DNA of 64,000 nucleotides. Origin: Longimicrobiales bacterium (lineage in GTDB: Bacteria > Gemmatimonadota > Gemmatimonadetes > Longimicrobiales > Gaopeijiaceae). This document shows positions 51,257 to 61,692 of the stretch, piece by piece. The stretch is taken from positions 96,001-160,000 of the forward strand of contig CAXXKM010000001.1 in NCBI GenBank assembly GCA_963664435.2, read 5' to 3'. Position numbers and translations under genes: made by a program. The stretch's first letter is position 1. Each line of letters opens with the position of its first letter. The notes beneath the pieces are model-generated. The model made no database searches. It was not told the origin of the DNA and was given only the letters and a program-made list of their open reading frames with translations.

Positions 51257-52936
51257 TTAGCGCCTGCCGCGCGGGGTTCCGCCTCCGAACGGGCTTCCGC
51301 CCATCCGCTCGCGCATGCGGTCGATGAACTCCTGCTGCTGTGCCTGGAGCTGGGCGGCGCCGATCAGCGCGACCTCCTCACCCTCTTCAAGGCCGGCAAC
51401 CACCTCGGTGTTGTCCCAGTCGTTCACGCCGATCAGGATGGGGCGCGGTTCGATGGTTCCGTCCGCGTAGATCACGAACGTGATCGCGGGGCGAGGCGCG
51501 CCTTCCTCCGGGCGACCTCCCCCAGGGCTCCCGAAACCGGCGCCCATGCCGTCCATCATGCCCTGGTCCGCGCCGGGCCCCATTCCCATCACTCCGGCAC
51601 CATTGCCTGCCCCCATGCCCACGCGTCCACCGGCGCCGTTTTCAGTGCCTCCGCCGGCGCCCGCCGCGGGACGGCCGGCACCCGTTCCAGGTCCTCCGTT
51701 CACACCCGCTTCAGGACCGCCGCCGTTCGCCGCCCGGGCCTGCGCCATCTGTTCGCGCATCTCCTCCCGCGAAATCTCCCCGGCCGCCAACTGCTCGCGA
51801 AGTTCCTGCAGGCGCGCGTTGCCGCCCATCCCGCCCATCGGCCTCTGGCCTGCCGTCACTCCCCCGCGAACTCCATCAGGAGCCGCGATGAACCCACCCG
51901 GCGCGCCGGAGCTGCCCGGCGACGAGGCCCGCAGCTCCGCAAACACCGACCGGTCCATCTCGATCGCGTCCGGATCCATCCCGAGCACCATCGCCGCGGG
52001 CGCCATCTCCTGGAACTGCACCAGCGCGTTGTTGGGGATGAGCAGGGCGTTGGGACGCTCGGCGACCAGGATCTCCACCTCCGCGTTCATCCCGGGCTTG
52101 AGCAGTCCGCCGCGGTTGTCGATCATCACGATCACCGCGAACATGGTCACGTTCTGCTGGACCTCGGCCTGCGGTTCGATCTTGTCGACGATTCCCTGGA
52201 AGGTCTGTCCCGGGAACGCCTCCACCGTCACTGTGGCGGTCAGCCCGTCGGAGATCTGCCCGACGTCGGTCTCGTCGACCAGCGTGCGCACCTGCATCTC
52301 GGCCAGGTTGGCCATCATGAAGAGCGTCGTGCCCCCGGACACGTTCTGGGAGGCGGACTGGATGACCTGCCCCTCCTCCACGTTCTTCTGGATGATGGTA
52401 CCCGCCATGGGCGCGCGGATGGTGACGTCGCTCAGCCGCAGCTCGGCGAGTTCCATGCTCGTGGTGGCCTTGACCAGGTTGGCCTGCGCGTTGGCATAGT
52501 CCAGGTTGGCCGCCTCGTGCTCCTGCTCGGTGATCACTCCGGCTTCGAAGAGCAGGCGCGAGCGCTCCAACTGGGCGCTGGAGATCTCCACCCGGGCCCG
52601 CGCCACGTTCAGGTCGGCCTCGGTCTGGTTGAAGTCGTTGCGCACGTCGCGTGGATCGATCTCCGCGAGCAGCGCCCCCGGCTCGAGTTGGTCCCCCGTG
52701 TCCACGTGCAGGCGCAGAATCTCGCCCGAGGCCTTTGACTTGACCTCCACCGTGCGCACGGGCTCCATCAGGCCGGTGGCTTCGGCCACCAGGCGCAGGT
52801 CGTCGCGCAGGGCCGGCATGGTCGTGAGGCCGGGCGCCTCTGCAACCTGCTCGCCGGGGTCGCAGGCCACCACGGTCAATAGTGCGAGGAGCCTCATGCC
52901 CCCGTGCCTCAGTCCCATCGTGCTCACGTTCATCAT
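51257..52936 (-). CDS. MacA-like periplasmic adaptor with long Gly/Met-rich insertion
   Basis: VEVKSKASG, IRAPMAG, VDETDV, LKPGMNA, GLEEGE. Confidence 0.92.
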   Translation of the reverse strand: MMNVSTMGLRHGGMRLLALLTVVACDPGEQVAEAPGLTTMPALRDDLRLVAEATGLMEPVRTVEVKSKASGEILRLHVDTGDQLEPGALLAEIDPRDVRNDFNQTEADLNVARARVEISSAQLERSRLLFEAGVITEQEHEAANLDYANAQANLVKATTSMELAELRLSDVTIRAPMAGTIIQKNVEEGQVIQSASQNVSGGTTLFMMANLAEMQVRTLVDETDVGQISDGLTATVTVEAFPGQTFQGIVDKIEPQAEVQQNVTMFAVIVMIDNRGGLLKPGMNAEVEILVAERPNALLIPNNALVQFQEMAPAAMVLGMDPDAIEMDRSVFAELRASSPGSSGAPGGFIAAPDGVRGGVTAGQRPMGGMGGNARLQELREQLAAGEISREEMREQMAQARAANGGGPEAGVNGGPGTGAGRPAAGAGGGTENGAGGRVGMGAGNGAGVMGMGPGADQGMMDGMGAGFGSPGGGRPEEGAPRPAITFVIYADGTIEPRPILIGVNDWDNTEVVAGLEEGEEVALIGAAQLQAQQQEFIDRMRERMGGSPFGGGTPRGRR

Positions 52937-52976
52937 CTCTCCAGAGAATCCTGCTTCGCAGGAAATGGCGTCATCT

Positions 52977-53687
52977 TCAAACGGTCGCCGTCATCAGGGA
53001 TTCGTTCATGAAGTCGCGCTCGACCAGGCCGTCCCGCAGATGAATCTGCCGCTGGGCGTACTGGGCGATGTCGTGCTCGTGCGTCACCACGAGGATGGTC
53101 TGCCCCTGCCGGTGGAGGTCCACGAAGACCGTCATGATCTCCTCGCTGGTGGTGGAGTCCAGGTTACCCGTGGGCTCGTCGGCCAGCAGGATGGCGGGCT
53201 CGTTGACGAGCGCGCGCGCGACCGCCACGCGCTGCCGCTGGCCGCCGGAGAGCTCCGGCGGGCGGTGGTCCATGCGCAATCCCAGGCCCACCGTCTCCAG
53301 CGCCTCGCGGGCCCGCTGGCGCCGCTCGCGGGCGGACACGCCGGCATAGATGAGCGGAAGTTCCACGTTGTGCAGCGCCGTGGCGCGCGGCAGCAGGTTG
53401 AAGGTCTGGAACACGAACCCGATTTCGCGGTTGCGGACGTTCGCGAGCTGATCGTCGCTCAAGTCGCTCACCAGCTGCTCGTTCAGCCAGTACTGCCCCC
53501 GGGTGGGGGTGTCCAGGCACCCGATCAGGTTCATGAAGGTGGATTTGCCGCTGCCCGAGGGTCCCATGATGGCGACAAACTCGCCCCGGCTGATCTCGAG
53601 GTCGACGCGGCGAAGGGCGCGGATGGTCTCCGCTCCCAGCACGTAGTGCTTGGTCAGTCCTACGGTTTGAATGACAGCTCGGCTCAC
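52977..53687 (-). CDS. ABC transporter ATP-binding protein (MacB/LolD type)
   Basis: [29 protein letters not shown]. Confidence 0.95.
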   Translation of the reverse strand: MSRAVIQTVGLTKHYVLGAETIRALRRVDLEISRGEFVAIMGPSGSGKSTFMNLIGCLDTPTRGQYWLNEQLVSDLSDDQLANVRNREIGFVFQTFNLLPRATALHNVELPLIYAGVSARERRQRAREALETVGLGLRMDHRPPELSGGQRQRVAVARALVNEPAILLADEPTGNLDSTTSEEIMTVFVDLHRQGQTILVVTHEHDIAQYAQRQIHLRDGLVERDFMNESLMTATV

Positions 53688-54970
53688 AGTTCGCTCCCCA
53701 GAATCGCCTCCAGTTGCGCACGCGCGACCGCGTAGTCGTATCGCGCCGTAACCAGACCGGACTCCGCCTGCACGAGGGCGATCTGACTCGTGATCAGGTC
53801 GAGGATGGTCGCAACCGAGAGGTCGAAGCGCTGCTGCACGACCCGGAGGTCCTCGGCGGCCACGTCCCTCGCCTCGATGGCGATGGCGATGGCCTGCTCG
53901 GAAGTCCTCAGCGCGAACAGCGCTCCGTCCACCTGCGCGCGGACCAGGCGTCTGGCATCCTCCTCCTGTACGAAGGCGACGCGTTCCTGATTCTCGGCGC
54001 GCGTGATGCTCTGGTCGCGGTTGAAGCCGTCAAAGACGTTGTAGCTGCCCGAGAGGCGAATATTCCAGGAAGTCGTCCCGCCGGTGAGCGCGGCCTGCCG
54101 GTTCGCCCAGCTGTAGCCGGACGAGAGGCGGAGCGACGGAAACCGGGAGCTCCGGGAAGAGCTGGCGGCCGCGGAGGCCGCCCTGGCGGCGGCCCGGGCA
54201 CTGCGTACGGCCGGCGAACGCTCTTCGGCGAGGAGGAACATCTCCTGCTCGCTGAGAGCCAGCGAACTCGGGGCGAGATCGCCCGGAAGTTCGGGCATGA
54301 CCGGCTCCGACAGCCCCACCTGGCGCCCCAGGGAGAAACGCGCCGCCCGGGTGGCCGCCTCCGCCTGCAGCACGGCCTGCATGGCGTTGGCCACTTCCAG
54401 GCGGGCCCGCAGCGTGTCCGAACGCGTCCCGGAACCCAGCTCGGTGCGACGGCGCGTGTTGGCCAGGCTCTCCTCGGCACGTTCCACGCTCGCGCGCGCC
54501 ACTTCCAGCAGATCCGACTGGCGCAGGGCGGCGAAGTACAGATCCTTCGTCTGCAGAATGACCCCGAAACGCTGGTTCTCCAGGTCGGCCTCGGCCGACG
54601 CGATGTCCGCCCTCGCCCGATCCATGTCGGCGAAGCGCTGGCCGCCGTTGAAGACGCTGTAGGAAAGCGACAGGCCCGCGTTGTAGCTCTCGCTCGCGCC
54701 CGCAACCGTGCGCTGGGTCGCCGCGTCGAACCGCTGGCTGCTGTTGGTCGAGGCCCCCGAGCTGACGCTCAGGGTGGGGAGGAAGCCTCCCCAGGCGGCC
54801 CGGTGCGAGACGCCGGCGTTGTCCAGGCCGGCGCGCGCCTGCGCCATCGACGGATGAACCTGCAACGACCTCGCGATCGCCTCGTCCAGCGTCAGCGGCT
54901 GCTGCGCCGCAAGCGTGCCCGTCAGCGCGAGCACGATGGGAAGTCCGGCGATGCGCCGGGCGAATCTCAT
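53684..54970 (-). CDS. TolC family outer-membrane efflux protein
   Basis: Signal peptide, LTLDEAI, two OEP repeats; ATGA overlap at 54970 (alternative start 54985). Confidence 0.92.
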   Translation of the reverse strand: MRFARRIAGLPIVLALTGTLAAQQPLTLDEAIARSLQVHPSMAQARAGLDNAGVSHRAAWGGFLPTLSVSSGASTNSSQRFDAATQRTVAGASESYNAGLSLSYSVFNGGQRFADMDRARADIASAEADLENQRFGVILQTKDLYFAALRQSDLLEVARASVERAEESLANTRRRTELGSGTRSDTLRARLEVANAMQAVLQAEAATRAARFSLGRQVGLSEPVMPELPGDLAPSSLALSEQEMFLLAEERSPAVRSARAAARAASAAASSSRSSRFPSLRLSSGYSWANRQAALTGGTTSWNIRLSGSYNVFDGFNRDQSITRAENQERVAFVQEEDARRLVRAQVDGALFALRTSEQAIAIAIEARDVAAEDLRVVQQRFDLSVATILDLITSQIALVQAESGLVTARYDYAVARAQLEAILGSEL

Positions 54971-55524
54971 ACGTGTTGTGACCATTGTCCCCTGTCCCGT
55001 TCTCCCCCGTCCCCGTCCCTGCTGTCCCGCTGCGGGCGCTCCTGGCCGCCCTGCCCGCGGTCACGCTCGCCGTCGCGGGCTTCGGACCGCGATCTCTCTC
55101 TTTCCCGTTCGTCCTCGATCTCCCGGCGGCGGTCGAAATCGGACAGAAGCGCATCGTACTCGGCAGCCTGCTCGGGGGTGAGCACGGCCTTGATGGAGGA
55201 GCGCGTTGACTCGATCAACTCCCCGTACCCCGTCCGGTAGTCCGTTCGCAACTGCCGCATGAGCGTGCGCGAGTGGCCCACCAGCGAGTCAACCTGAACC
55301 TGCTGCTGCGCGCTCAGCCCCACGCGCTCCACGATCAGGCCGCGACGGCGGGTCTCCCCTCCGCGGTCATCATCCGCCTCCTCCGCCGCCACGGCCGCGG
55401 GCGCAGTGGGTTCAGCCTGAGCCGGCGATGTCCTCGACCACACCAGACCGAGAAGGAACCCGGCCACCAGCGTCACAAGAAGTACGCCTCCGGCCGCTGC
55501 GCGCGTGTTGCGTGCGGTCATCAT
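54967..55524 (-). CDS. Spy/CpxP-like periplasmic helical protein
   Basis: N-terminal TM; GLSAQQ..V and VLTPEQ..Y LTxxQ motifs; charged low-complexity tail. Confidence 0.7.
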   Translation of the reverse strand: MMTARNTRAAAGGVLLVTLVAGFLLGLVWSRTSPAQAEPTAPAAVAAEEADDDRGGETRRRGLIVERVGLSAQQQVQVDSLVGHSRTLMRQLRTDYRTGYGELIESTRSSIKAVLTPEQAAEYDALLSDFDRRREIEDERERERSRSEARDGERDRGQGGQERPQRDSRDGDGGERDRGQWSQHV

Positions 55525-55925
55525 CCGCCTCCCTCGATCGCGACCAGGAACGCCACCTCGTCCACCTGATCGGCGACGAGCACCGCCGGCAGCGGCTCAT
55601 CATCGACCCCGGCCACCAGAGCCTCCTCAATGGCGATGCCGGCTCCGGACGTCGTCTCGGCCGGCATCAGCAGGGAGGCCATCGCCGCGGCCGCCACAAC
55701 CGACGCCGGGACCAGCAACCTCCACCACGACGCCAGCACCTCGCCCACCGTGAGCGGGCGCGTGGCGCGCCGCCTGGCCAGTTCCGGACCCGCAAGGCCC
55801 ATAACGCGGGCCTGGAAACGGGCCCAGTGGCCGGGGTCCGAGTTCCCGGGATCGAGTAGTTCGAGGGGGATGCTGCCGTTGTCGACCATGTCCCGGCCCC
55901 CGCCTGATGCTGCGTCGTTGCTCAT
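55521..55925 (-). CDS. Putative anti-sigma-like single-pass membrane protein
   Basis: Directly after the ECF sigma gene; W..F..RVM..A helix then TM WWRLLVPASVVAAAA. Confidence 0.6.
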   Translation of the reverse strand: MSNDAASGGGRDMVDNGSIPLELLDPGNSDPGHWARFQARVMGLAGPELARRRATRPLTVGEVLASWWRLLVPASVVAAAAMASLLMPAETTSGAGIAIEEALVAGVDDEPLPAVLVADQVDEVAFLVAIEGGG

Positions 55926-56002
55926 TTGACTGCTTCTTCCGTCTCGTTCCTGCGTAGATGTCGTTCGCGTCTTCCGCCCGGCCTGCGCGGGCGTCCTTCC
56001 AG

Positions 56003-56533
56003 CTATTCGCGCGGCTTCAGGAGCTTGCGCAGCGACTTGCGCGCGTAGTGCAGGTGCGAGCGTACCGTCCCCGCGGGGAGCCCCAGGCGCTGTGCGATCT
56101 CTCTGTGCTTCCACCCCTCCAGGTCGTGAAGCAGCACGATCTGTCTCTGAACTTCCGGCAGCTCCCCGAGCGCGCGGGCGATCTCGTCGCGCAACTCCGA
56201 CAACTGAGCCTCCTTCTCCGGCGTCGGGGTGCTGGAACGGGCGCTGAACGGAATCTGTTCCGTCGCCCGCAACGCCTCCCGGCGCACGAGGTTGTTCGAC
56301 CGGTTTCTGACGATCGTCATCAGCCAGCCCCCGAACCTGCTCGGGCGGCGACAATCGTCGAGGCGCTCGAGCGCGACCAGGAAAGCCTCCTGCGCCGCGT
56401 CCTCCGCGTCCTCCGGCCGTCCGATCACCGAGAGAGCCACCAGAAATGCCGCTCTGCGATAGCGGGTAACGAGTTGCCCGAAGGCGTCCCCGTCCCCCGA
56501 CCGGGCCAGTGCAACCAGCGTGGCGTCATCCAA
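56003..56533 (-). CDS. ECF RNA polymerase sigma factor
   Basis: GDGDAFGQL, AEDAAQEAF, FGGWLMTIVRN, EIAQRLG..GTVRSHLHYAR. Confidence 0.93.
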   Translation of the reverse strand: MDDATLVALARSGDGDAFGQLVTRYRRAAFLVALSVIGRPEDAEDAAQEAFLVALERLDDCRRPSRFGGWLMTIVRNRSNNLVRREALRATEQIPFSARSSTPTPEKEAQLSELRDEIARALGELPEVQRQIVLLHDLEGWKHREIAQRLGLPAGTVRSHLHYARKSLRKLLKPRE

Positions 56534-56586
56534 GTGATCGTTGCCTCAACGAGAATGACACGTGGACATCGAACGTTGTTGAACGG

Positions 56587-57342
56587 CTAGCGCCGGCGAT
56601 GGCGTCGGCCTCCGCGTTTCCGCCTGCTCTTGCCGGACGCGGGCCGTTCGCGGGTAGCCTCCGCCAGCAGCGCGTGCCACTCGGTGGGAAAGAGTTCCGC
56701 CAGATCCCGCGCGACCGTCACGAGCTCGCCGCGCGGCTTCTCCGACTCCTCCCCGGCACGAAAGAACCGCACCAGCATGAGCGCGGCGCCGGGATCGGAG
56801 ATCGCGCCGCTTCGCGCGGCACCCGCCACCCGCGCGATCCAGGCCGCGCCCCCGGCGTCGGAGAAGCTCCACTCGGTGGACGCGGGCGGCGATGGCAGGG
56901 TTGCCTCGTCAGGCGGGTCTTCACGGCCGGCAGCGCCCTCCCGGCCGCCAGGTCGAGGGGCGGGCCCGGGGGGTCTCAGGCGGGCCGGCGGCGGCGGCGA
57001 CCCGGACGCGGGTGACGTGGGCGCGGGGGCTCCGGAGCGGTTGTGCCGTCGGGAAGGCGCGGGGGCGGCGGGAGAGGGCCGTCCGCCGGGAGCCGGCGAC
57101 TGCGGTCGCGCCGATGGGGGCGAGGACGGGCGGGCCGACGGCGGTACCGTGCGGTGGCCCGGAGGGGATGGTGTCCCGGGGCGCGCGGGTCGAGGCGGGT
57201 CCGTCCTGCTCACGGGTGGAGGGGCGGGACGGGCGGAAGGTGGAGGTTCGGGACGGGCCGGCGGGGGTGAAGGCGGTTCCGCGGACGGGCGACGGTCCGG
57301 TCCATCGTGACCGGGACCATCCGGTGGCGACGGCGGCTTCAC
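56587..57342 (-). CDS. Hypothetical protein: Pro-rich repeat N-terminus plus small globular C-terminal domain
   Basis: GTGA overlap with HNH stop; PPSARPxx repeats; C-terminal WSFSD..G..W.ARV.G domain. Confidence 0.5.
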   Translation of the reverse strand: MKPPSPPDGPGHDGPDRRPSAEPPSPPPARPEPPPSARPAPPPVSRTDPPRPARPGTPSPPGHRTVPPSARPSSPPSARPQSPAPGGRPSPAAPAPSRRHNRSGAPAPTSPASGSPPPPARLRPPGPAPRPGGREGAAGREDPPDEATLPSPPASTEWSFSDAGGAAWIARVAGAARSGAISDPGAALMLVRFFRAGEESEKPRGELVTVARDLAELFPTEWHALLAEATRERPASGKSRRKRGGRRHRRR

Positions 57343-57914
57343 TCGTCGCCGGTCGACGCCACGCTCGACAGCGAGAGCGCCTTGAGGATCTCGTCTCCGT
57401 AGAACATGCGCACGTACTTGGCCTGGACCGGGGTAACGCTGCGCACCGCCCAGACCAGATGGACGTAGTTGGGCTCGGCGGGGATGGAGAGCAGCCGCAT
57501 GCCTGCCTCCGCGGGCGTGTTGTCGCCCTTGCGGTTGTTGCAGGGCGAGCATGCCGAAACGACGTTGGCCCACTGATTGCTCCCGCCGCGGGAGATCGGC
57601 AGAACGTGGTCGCGGGTCAGGAACTCGCGTGCCCGCAGCTGATCCCGGTGCCGGCCGCAGTACTGGCAGCAGTAGTCGTCGCGCGCGAACATGAAAGTGT
57701 TGGTCACCTGCCGGCGGAAGCGCCGGGGCACGTGCACGAAGCGCACGAGGCGAATCACCGCGGGAAACGGGATGTTGCGGTGCTCGGAGCGGAACGCGCG
57801 TGCTTCCTCCGCCTCGAGGATCTCCGCCTTCGAGTCGAGCACCAGACGCACTGCGCGCCGGGCGGGCACGATGGTCAGCGGCTCGTAGGAGGCGTTCAGC
57901 GCGAGGCAGCTCAT
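57339..57914 (-). CDS. HNH endonuclease (McrA-like)
   Basis: LALNASYEPL, RDDYCCQYCG, TRDHVLPISRGG...W.NVV.AC..CN.RKG. Confidence 0.92.
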   Translation of the reverse strand: MSCLALNASYEPLTIVPARRAVRLVLDSKAEILEAEEARAFRSEHRNIPFPAVIRLVRFVHVPRRFRRQVTNTFMFARDDYCCQYCGRHRDQLRAREFLTRDHVLPISRGGSNQWANVVSACSPCNNRKGDNTPAEAGMRLLSIPAEPNYVHLVWAVRSVTPVQAKYVRMFYGDEILKALSLSSVASTGDE

Positions 57915-58131
57915 CGCGAATCCGGTTCTTGAGACCTTCCCTGACTGCCGACGGCCCGGCTCCGGCGCTTCCGGGACCCGGTCGGCCGCCTGACGGCGCG
58001 GGCGGTCCACGGCGGACACATCCCACGGTCAGACTGACAAGCGCCGCAAACTACCGGGGATCGGGAAGCGGAGCAACCGCCGAACCCGCCGTCGCGTCGG
58101 TTTGCGCCGGAATCATCGGTACAGCGATGCC

Positions 58132-60408
58132 CTACAGCAACGCCATCGGATCCCGGTCGATCAGGACCCGCGCGTCCGAGGGAGGGCGGAAGCCCGTCGA
58201 AAAAGCTCGCGTGAGGGTTCCCAGAGCGCGTGCCGAGCGGCTGCGCAGGAGGAAGTGCCAGCGCCAGCGGCTCTGCAGGCGCTCGATGGGCGAGGGAGCC
58301 GGACCGGTCAACTTGACCGCTGCGCCGGGGAGCCGGCGCTCCACCCAGGCGGCCGCGTCTTCGGCTGCGGTCGCGGCGACTTCGGGATCGGGGCTGGTCA
58401 CGACGACGTTGATCAGGCGCGCGAGGGGCGGATAGCCGGGGCCCTCGCGCTCGGTGAGCTCGCGCTCGGCGAACGCCTCGAAGTCGTGGTCGCATGCCGC
58501 CCGGATGGCGTAGTGGGCGGGCATCCGGGTCTGGATCAGGACCTCGCCGCCCAGGGTGCCGCGCCCCGCCCGGCCCGCGACCTGGCTGAGCAGCTGGAAG
58601 GTCCGCTCGCTGGCGCGGAAGTCCGGCAGGTGCAGGCCGACATCGGCATCCACCACCCCGACCAGGGTCACGCGCGGATAGTCGAGTCCCTTGGCGATCA
58701 TCTGCGTTCCGAGCAGGATGTCGACCTCCCCGCGGCCCACGCGTCCGAGGATTTCGCTGTGCGCCCACTTGCGCGCGGTCGTGTCCACGTCCATGCGCGC
58801 GACCCGGGCTCCGGGAAAGGACTCGGTCACCACGCGCTCCACCTGCTCGGTACCGAGGCCCCGCCGTGAGAGCGCGCCGGACGCGCAGCGCGGACAGCGG
58901 TCGGGCACGGGCTCCTCGTAGCGGCAGTGATGGCAGAGCAGCCGCCCTGTGGCCCGGTGGAAGGTGAGCGAAACCGAGCAGGCCGTGCACACCGGCACCT
59001 CGCCGCATTCCCGGCACTGGAAGAAGGTCGAGTACCCGCGGCGGTTGAGCAGCAGGATCGACTGCTCGCCGCGATCCAGACGGCTGCGGATGGCGCCGGC
59101 CAGCTCGGGTGAGAGGACGGTGCGGCCGGTGGTCGAGGGGCGCGCGGGACGGCCCCCGTTGCTCGGGGATGGGGCGGCGGTGGAAGAGGGTTCGCGGAGA
59201 TCCACGACGCGCACCGGAGGCAGCGAGCCGCCGGTGGCACGCTCGGGAAGTTTCAGCAGCTCGAACTTGCCGCCGGCCTGGTTGGACCAGCTCTCGAGCG
59301 ACGGGGTCGCGCTGCCCAGCAGGCACAGGGCACCCTCCTGGCGGGCACGCATGACGGCCACGTCGCGGGCGTGATATCTGGGAGCGTCGGACTGCTTGTA
59401 GCTGCCTTCGTGCTCCTCGTCCACGATGATGGCGCCCAGGTCGGGGAGGGGCGCGAAGATGGCCGAGCGGGCGCCGATGGCGATGCGCCGGACCCCCGAC
59501 CGCAGCTGCCTCCAGGCATCGTAGCGTTCCCCGTCGGAGAGGCCGGAATGCAGCACGGCGACGTGGTCGCCGAAGTGCGCGCGGAAGCGGGTGACGGTCT
59601 GCGGCGTGAGCGAGATCTCCGGCACCAGCACGATCGCCGACCGGCCGCGCGCGTCCACGACCTCCTTCAGGAGCTCGATGTAGACCAGCGTCTTGCCGGA
59701 CGCGGTGACGCCGTGCAGCAGGACGGGCCGGGGCGCGGCCTCGTCCAGCGCCGACACCAGCCGCCTGTGCGCGGCGGCCTGGGCGGGGTTGGGCGTCAGG
59801 TCGGGGGGCGGTTCCGTACCGGTGGAAGCAAAGGGGTCGCGCACGACCTCCTGGTCGCGGACCTCCACGATCCCCTTCCCTTCCAGGGCCTTCACGACCC
59901 CGCGGCCTATGCCCTGGTCGAGAAGCGAGGCGAGCGGGATTGATCCCGCGGCACGCTCCAGGGCCTCGTAGGCGGCCTTCTGGCGCGGGGCGCGCGCAAA
60001 GGCGGCGTCCCGTTCGGCGAGCGACTCCAGCCAGCGTACGATGTGCACGACCTTCCGGGTGCGCGCCATCGTCCCCGGCCCCCGACCCGTCCCACTCAGC
60101 GCCGAAGGGAGCGCGGCGCGCAGGACAAGCCCCAGCGGAGCGATGTAATACGCGGCCATCCAGCGGGCGAGCTCCAGGAGTCCCGGCGAGAGCGACGGCT
60201 CCTCCTCGAGGATCTTCGAGATGCCGCGCAGGCGGAGCTTCCCGGATCCGGGGCGGCCCGGGCCGACCACCCAACCGACCCGCTTCGCCCTGTGGAACGG
60301 AACCAGCACGCGGGTGCCCGGCACCGGCCGAGGCGCGTTCGGACCCAGGGCGTAGGTGAAGGTCTGGTCGACGGGAAGCGGGAGCGCGACTTCGACGCGG
60401 GATGTCAC
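58132..60408 (-). CDS. priA: Primosomal protein N' (replication restart helicase)
   Basis: GVTASGKT, LVPEISLT, DEEH, GSATPS, LNRRG, Cys-rich Zn region, GTQMIAKG, QVAGRAGR. Confidence 0.97.
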   Translation of the reverse strand: MTSRVEVALPLPVDQTFTYALGPNAPRPVPGTRVLVPFHRAKRVGWVVGPGRPGSGKLRLRGISKILEEEPSLSPGLLELARWMAAYYIAPLGLVLRAALPSALSGTGRGPGTMARTRKVVHIVRWLESLAERDAAFARAPRQKAAYEALERAAGSIPLASLLDQGIGRGVVKALEGKGIVEVRDQEVVRDPFASTGTEPPPDLTPNPAQAAAHRRLVSALDEAAPRPVLLHGVTASGKTLVYIELLKEVVDARGRSAIVLVPEISLTPQTVTRFRAHFGDHVAVLHSGLSDGERYDAWRQLRSGVRRIAIGARSAIFAPLPDLGAIIVDEEHEGSYKQSDAPRYHARDVAVMRARQEGALCLLGSATPSLESWSNQAGGKFELLKLPERATGGSLPPVRVVDLREPSSTAAPSPSNGGRPARPSTTGRTVLSPELAGAIRSRLDRGEQSILLLNRRGYSTFFQCRECGEVPVCTACSVSLTFHRATGRLLCHHCRYEEPVPDRCPRCASGALSRRGLGTEQVERVVTESFPGARVARMDVDTTARKWAHSEILGRVGRGEVDILLGTQMIAKGLDYPRVTLVGVVDADVGLHLPDFRASERTFQLLSQVAGRAGRGTLGGEVLIQTRMPAHYAIRAACDHDFEAFAERELTEREGPGYPPLARLINVVVTSPDPEVAATAAEDAAAWVERRLPGAAVKLTGPAPSPIERLQSRWRWHFLLRSRSARALGTLTRAFSTGFRPPSDARVLIDRDPMALL

Positions 60409-60489
60409 CGAGGGCGGCGCGCGGAGCCGACAGCGGCCGTCAGCGCCTTGCCGGCCCGGCGCCTGGCCGCTCGCGGTGCCTGCGCGGAT

Positions 60490-61692
60490 TCATCCACGGG
60501 CCACCGGCAGGAGGAAGACCTCCTCCTGGGGGTCGGGCGTGGTCACTTCGGGTCCGTCCGTTCCGAGATGGACGTCGACCTCGCTGCGCACACCGATATC
60601 GTCGGGGATGTAGATGCCCGGTTCTATGGAGAAGCCGACGCCGGGGAGGAGAAGGCGGGTGTCGCGCGTCTCCAGGTTGTCGATGTTGGGGCCGCTGCCG
60701 TGGAGATCGACATCGATGGAGTGCCCGGTCCGGTGTACGAAATGGCGTCCGTAGCCGCGTTTGCGGATGAGCTGGCGGCAGACGTCGTCGACCTCGTAGC
60801 CGCATACCTCGTCGCCGGCCGCAATGCGCTCGCGCAGGAACTCCACTGCCGCGTCGCGGGCGTCGCGCACCGCCTCCCAGATCCTGCGGGTGCGGCGCGG
60901 GAGTCTGGCGCCCAGGTAGCCCATCCAGGTCTGGTCGGCGGGGATGTCCTCGGCGGTCGGCTTGCCCCACAGGTCGATCAGCAGGAGGTCGCCCCGCCCG
61001 ATCGGCTCGCCCACGCCCACGGGTGCATAGTGGGGATCGGCGGCGCGCGGGCCGATGGCGACGATGCAGTCCACCTCCTCGGCGAGGCCGCCGGCGTTGA
61101 GGCGGGCGCGAATCCAGTCCGAGAGCGCGCCCTCGGTGGTGGGCTCCCCGGCCTCCACGGCGGCGGCGGCGCGCTCGAAGGCCTCCCGCGCGACGCGTGC
61201 CGTCACGGCGGCGGAGCGGCGGTGGGTGGCCAGCTGCTCCGGCGTCCAGCGCGAATGGAAGAGCGAAACCAGGTCGCCCGAACTGACCGGGTCCACCCCC
61301 ACGGCCCGCAGCAGCTCCATCATCCCGGCCGGAACCCGATCGAGGTAGGGTATGGCCGAACCCGGCGAGGTTTCGATGGCGAGGCGCGGGCGGCCGCGCA
61401 CCAGGTCGGCGAGCCCGGACTCCATCTCGCGCCACGACGAATAGATGCGCTTGCGCCAGGGCCAGTGCCGCCACGACGACCCTTCGATGGCATGAATCAG
61501 GGCCACCGGGTCGCCGCGGTCGGGCACCAGGGTGAAGGATCGGCGCGTGTTCCACCCGAGCCCGACCATGGAGGCGGCGATCGGGTTCTGGCCGTGGAAC
61601 TCGAAGAGCAGCCAGCCGTGCAGCCTCATGTCGGCGAGCGCCGCCTGCACCTGTTCGACGCCTGCGCGGGTCAGAAGGGGGCTATCGGCCAA
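60490..61692 (-). CDS. M24 family metallopeptidase
   Basis: DPHY, LIDLWG, ADQTW, HRTGHSID, SIEPGIY, GVRSE; GGAGG before TTG 61692 (ORF open to 61863). Confidence 0.9.
   Translation of the reverse strand: MADSPLLTRAGVEQVQAALADMRLHGWLLFEFHGQNPIAASMVGLGWNTRRSFTLVPDRGDPVALIHAIEGSSWRHWPWRKRIYSSWREMESGLADLVRGRPRLAIETSPGSAIPYLDRVPAGMMELLRAVGVDPVSSGDLVSLFHSRWTPEQLATHRRSAAVTARVAREAFERAAAAVEAGEPTTEGALSDWIRARLNAGGLAEEVDCIVAIGPRAADPHYAPVGVGEPIGRGDLLLIDLWGKPTAEDIPADQTWMGYLGARLPRRTRRIWEAVRDARDAAVEFLRERIAAGDEVCGYEVDDVCRQLIRKRGYGRHFVHRTGHSIDVDLHGSGPNIDNLETRDTRLLLPGVGFSIEPGIYIPDDIGVRSEVDVHLGTDGPEVTTPDPQEEVFLLPVARG

Noticed and set aside
56545..56580. Autoregulatory ECF promoter (AAC...GTC) for the second sigma gene
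   Set aside because: Spacing (15 or 18 nt) is ambiguous; not enough support.
57339..57914. HNH gene as a defence or homing element
   Set aside because: Host-like codon usage; no methylase, intron or mobile context; belongs to a widespread stand-alone McrA-like family.
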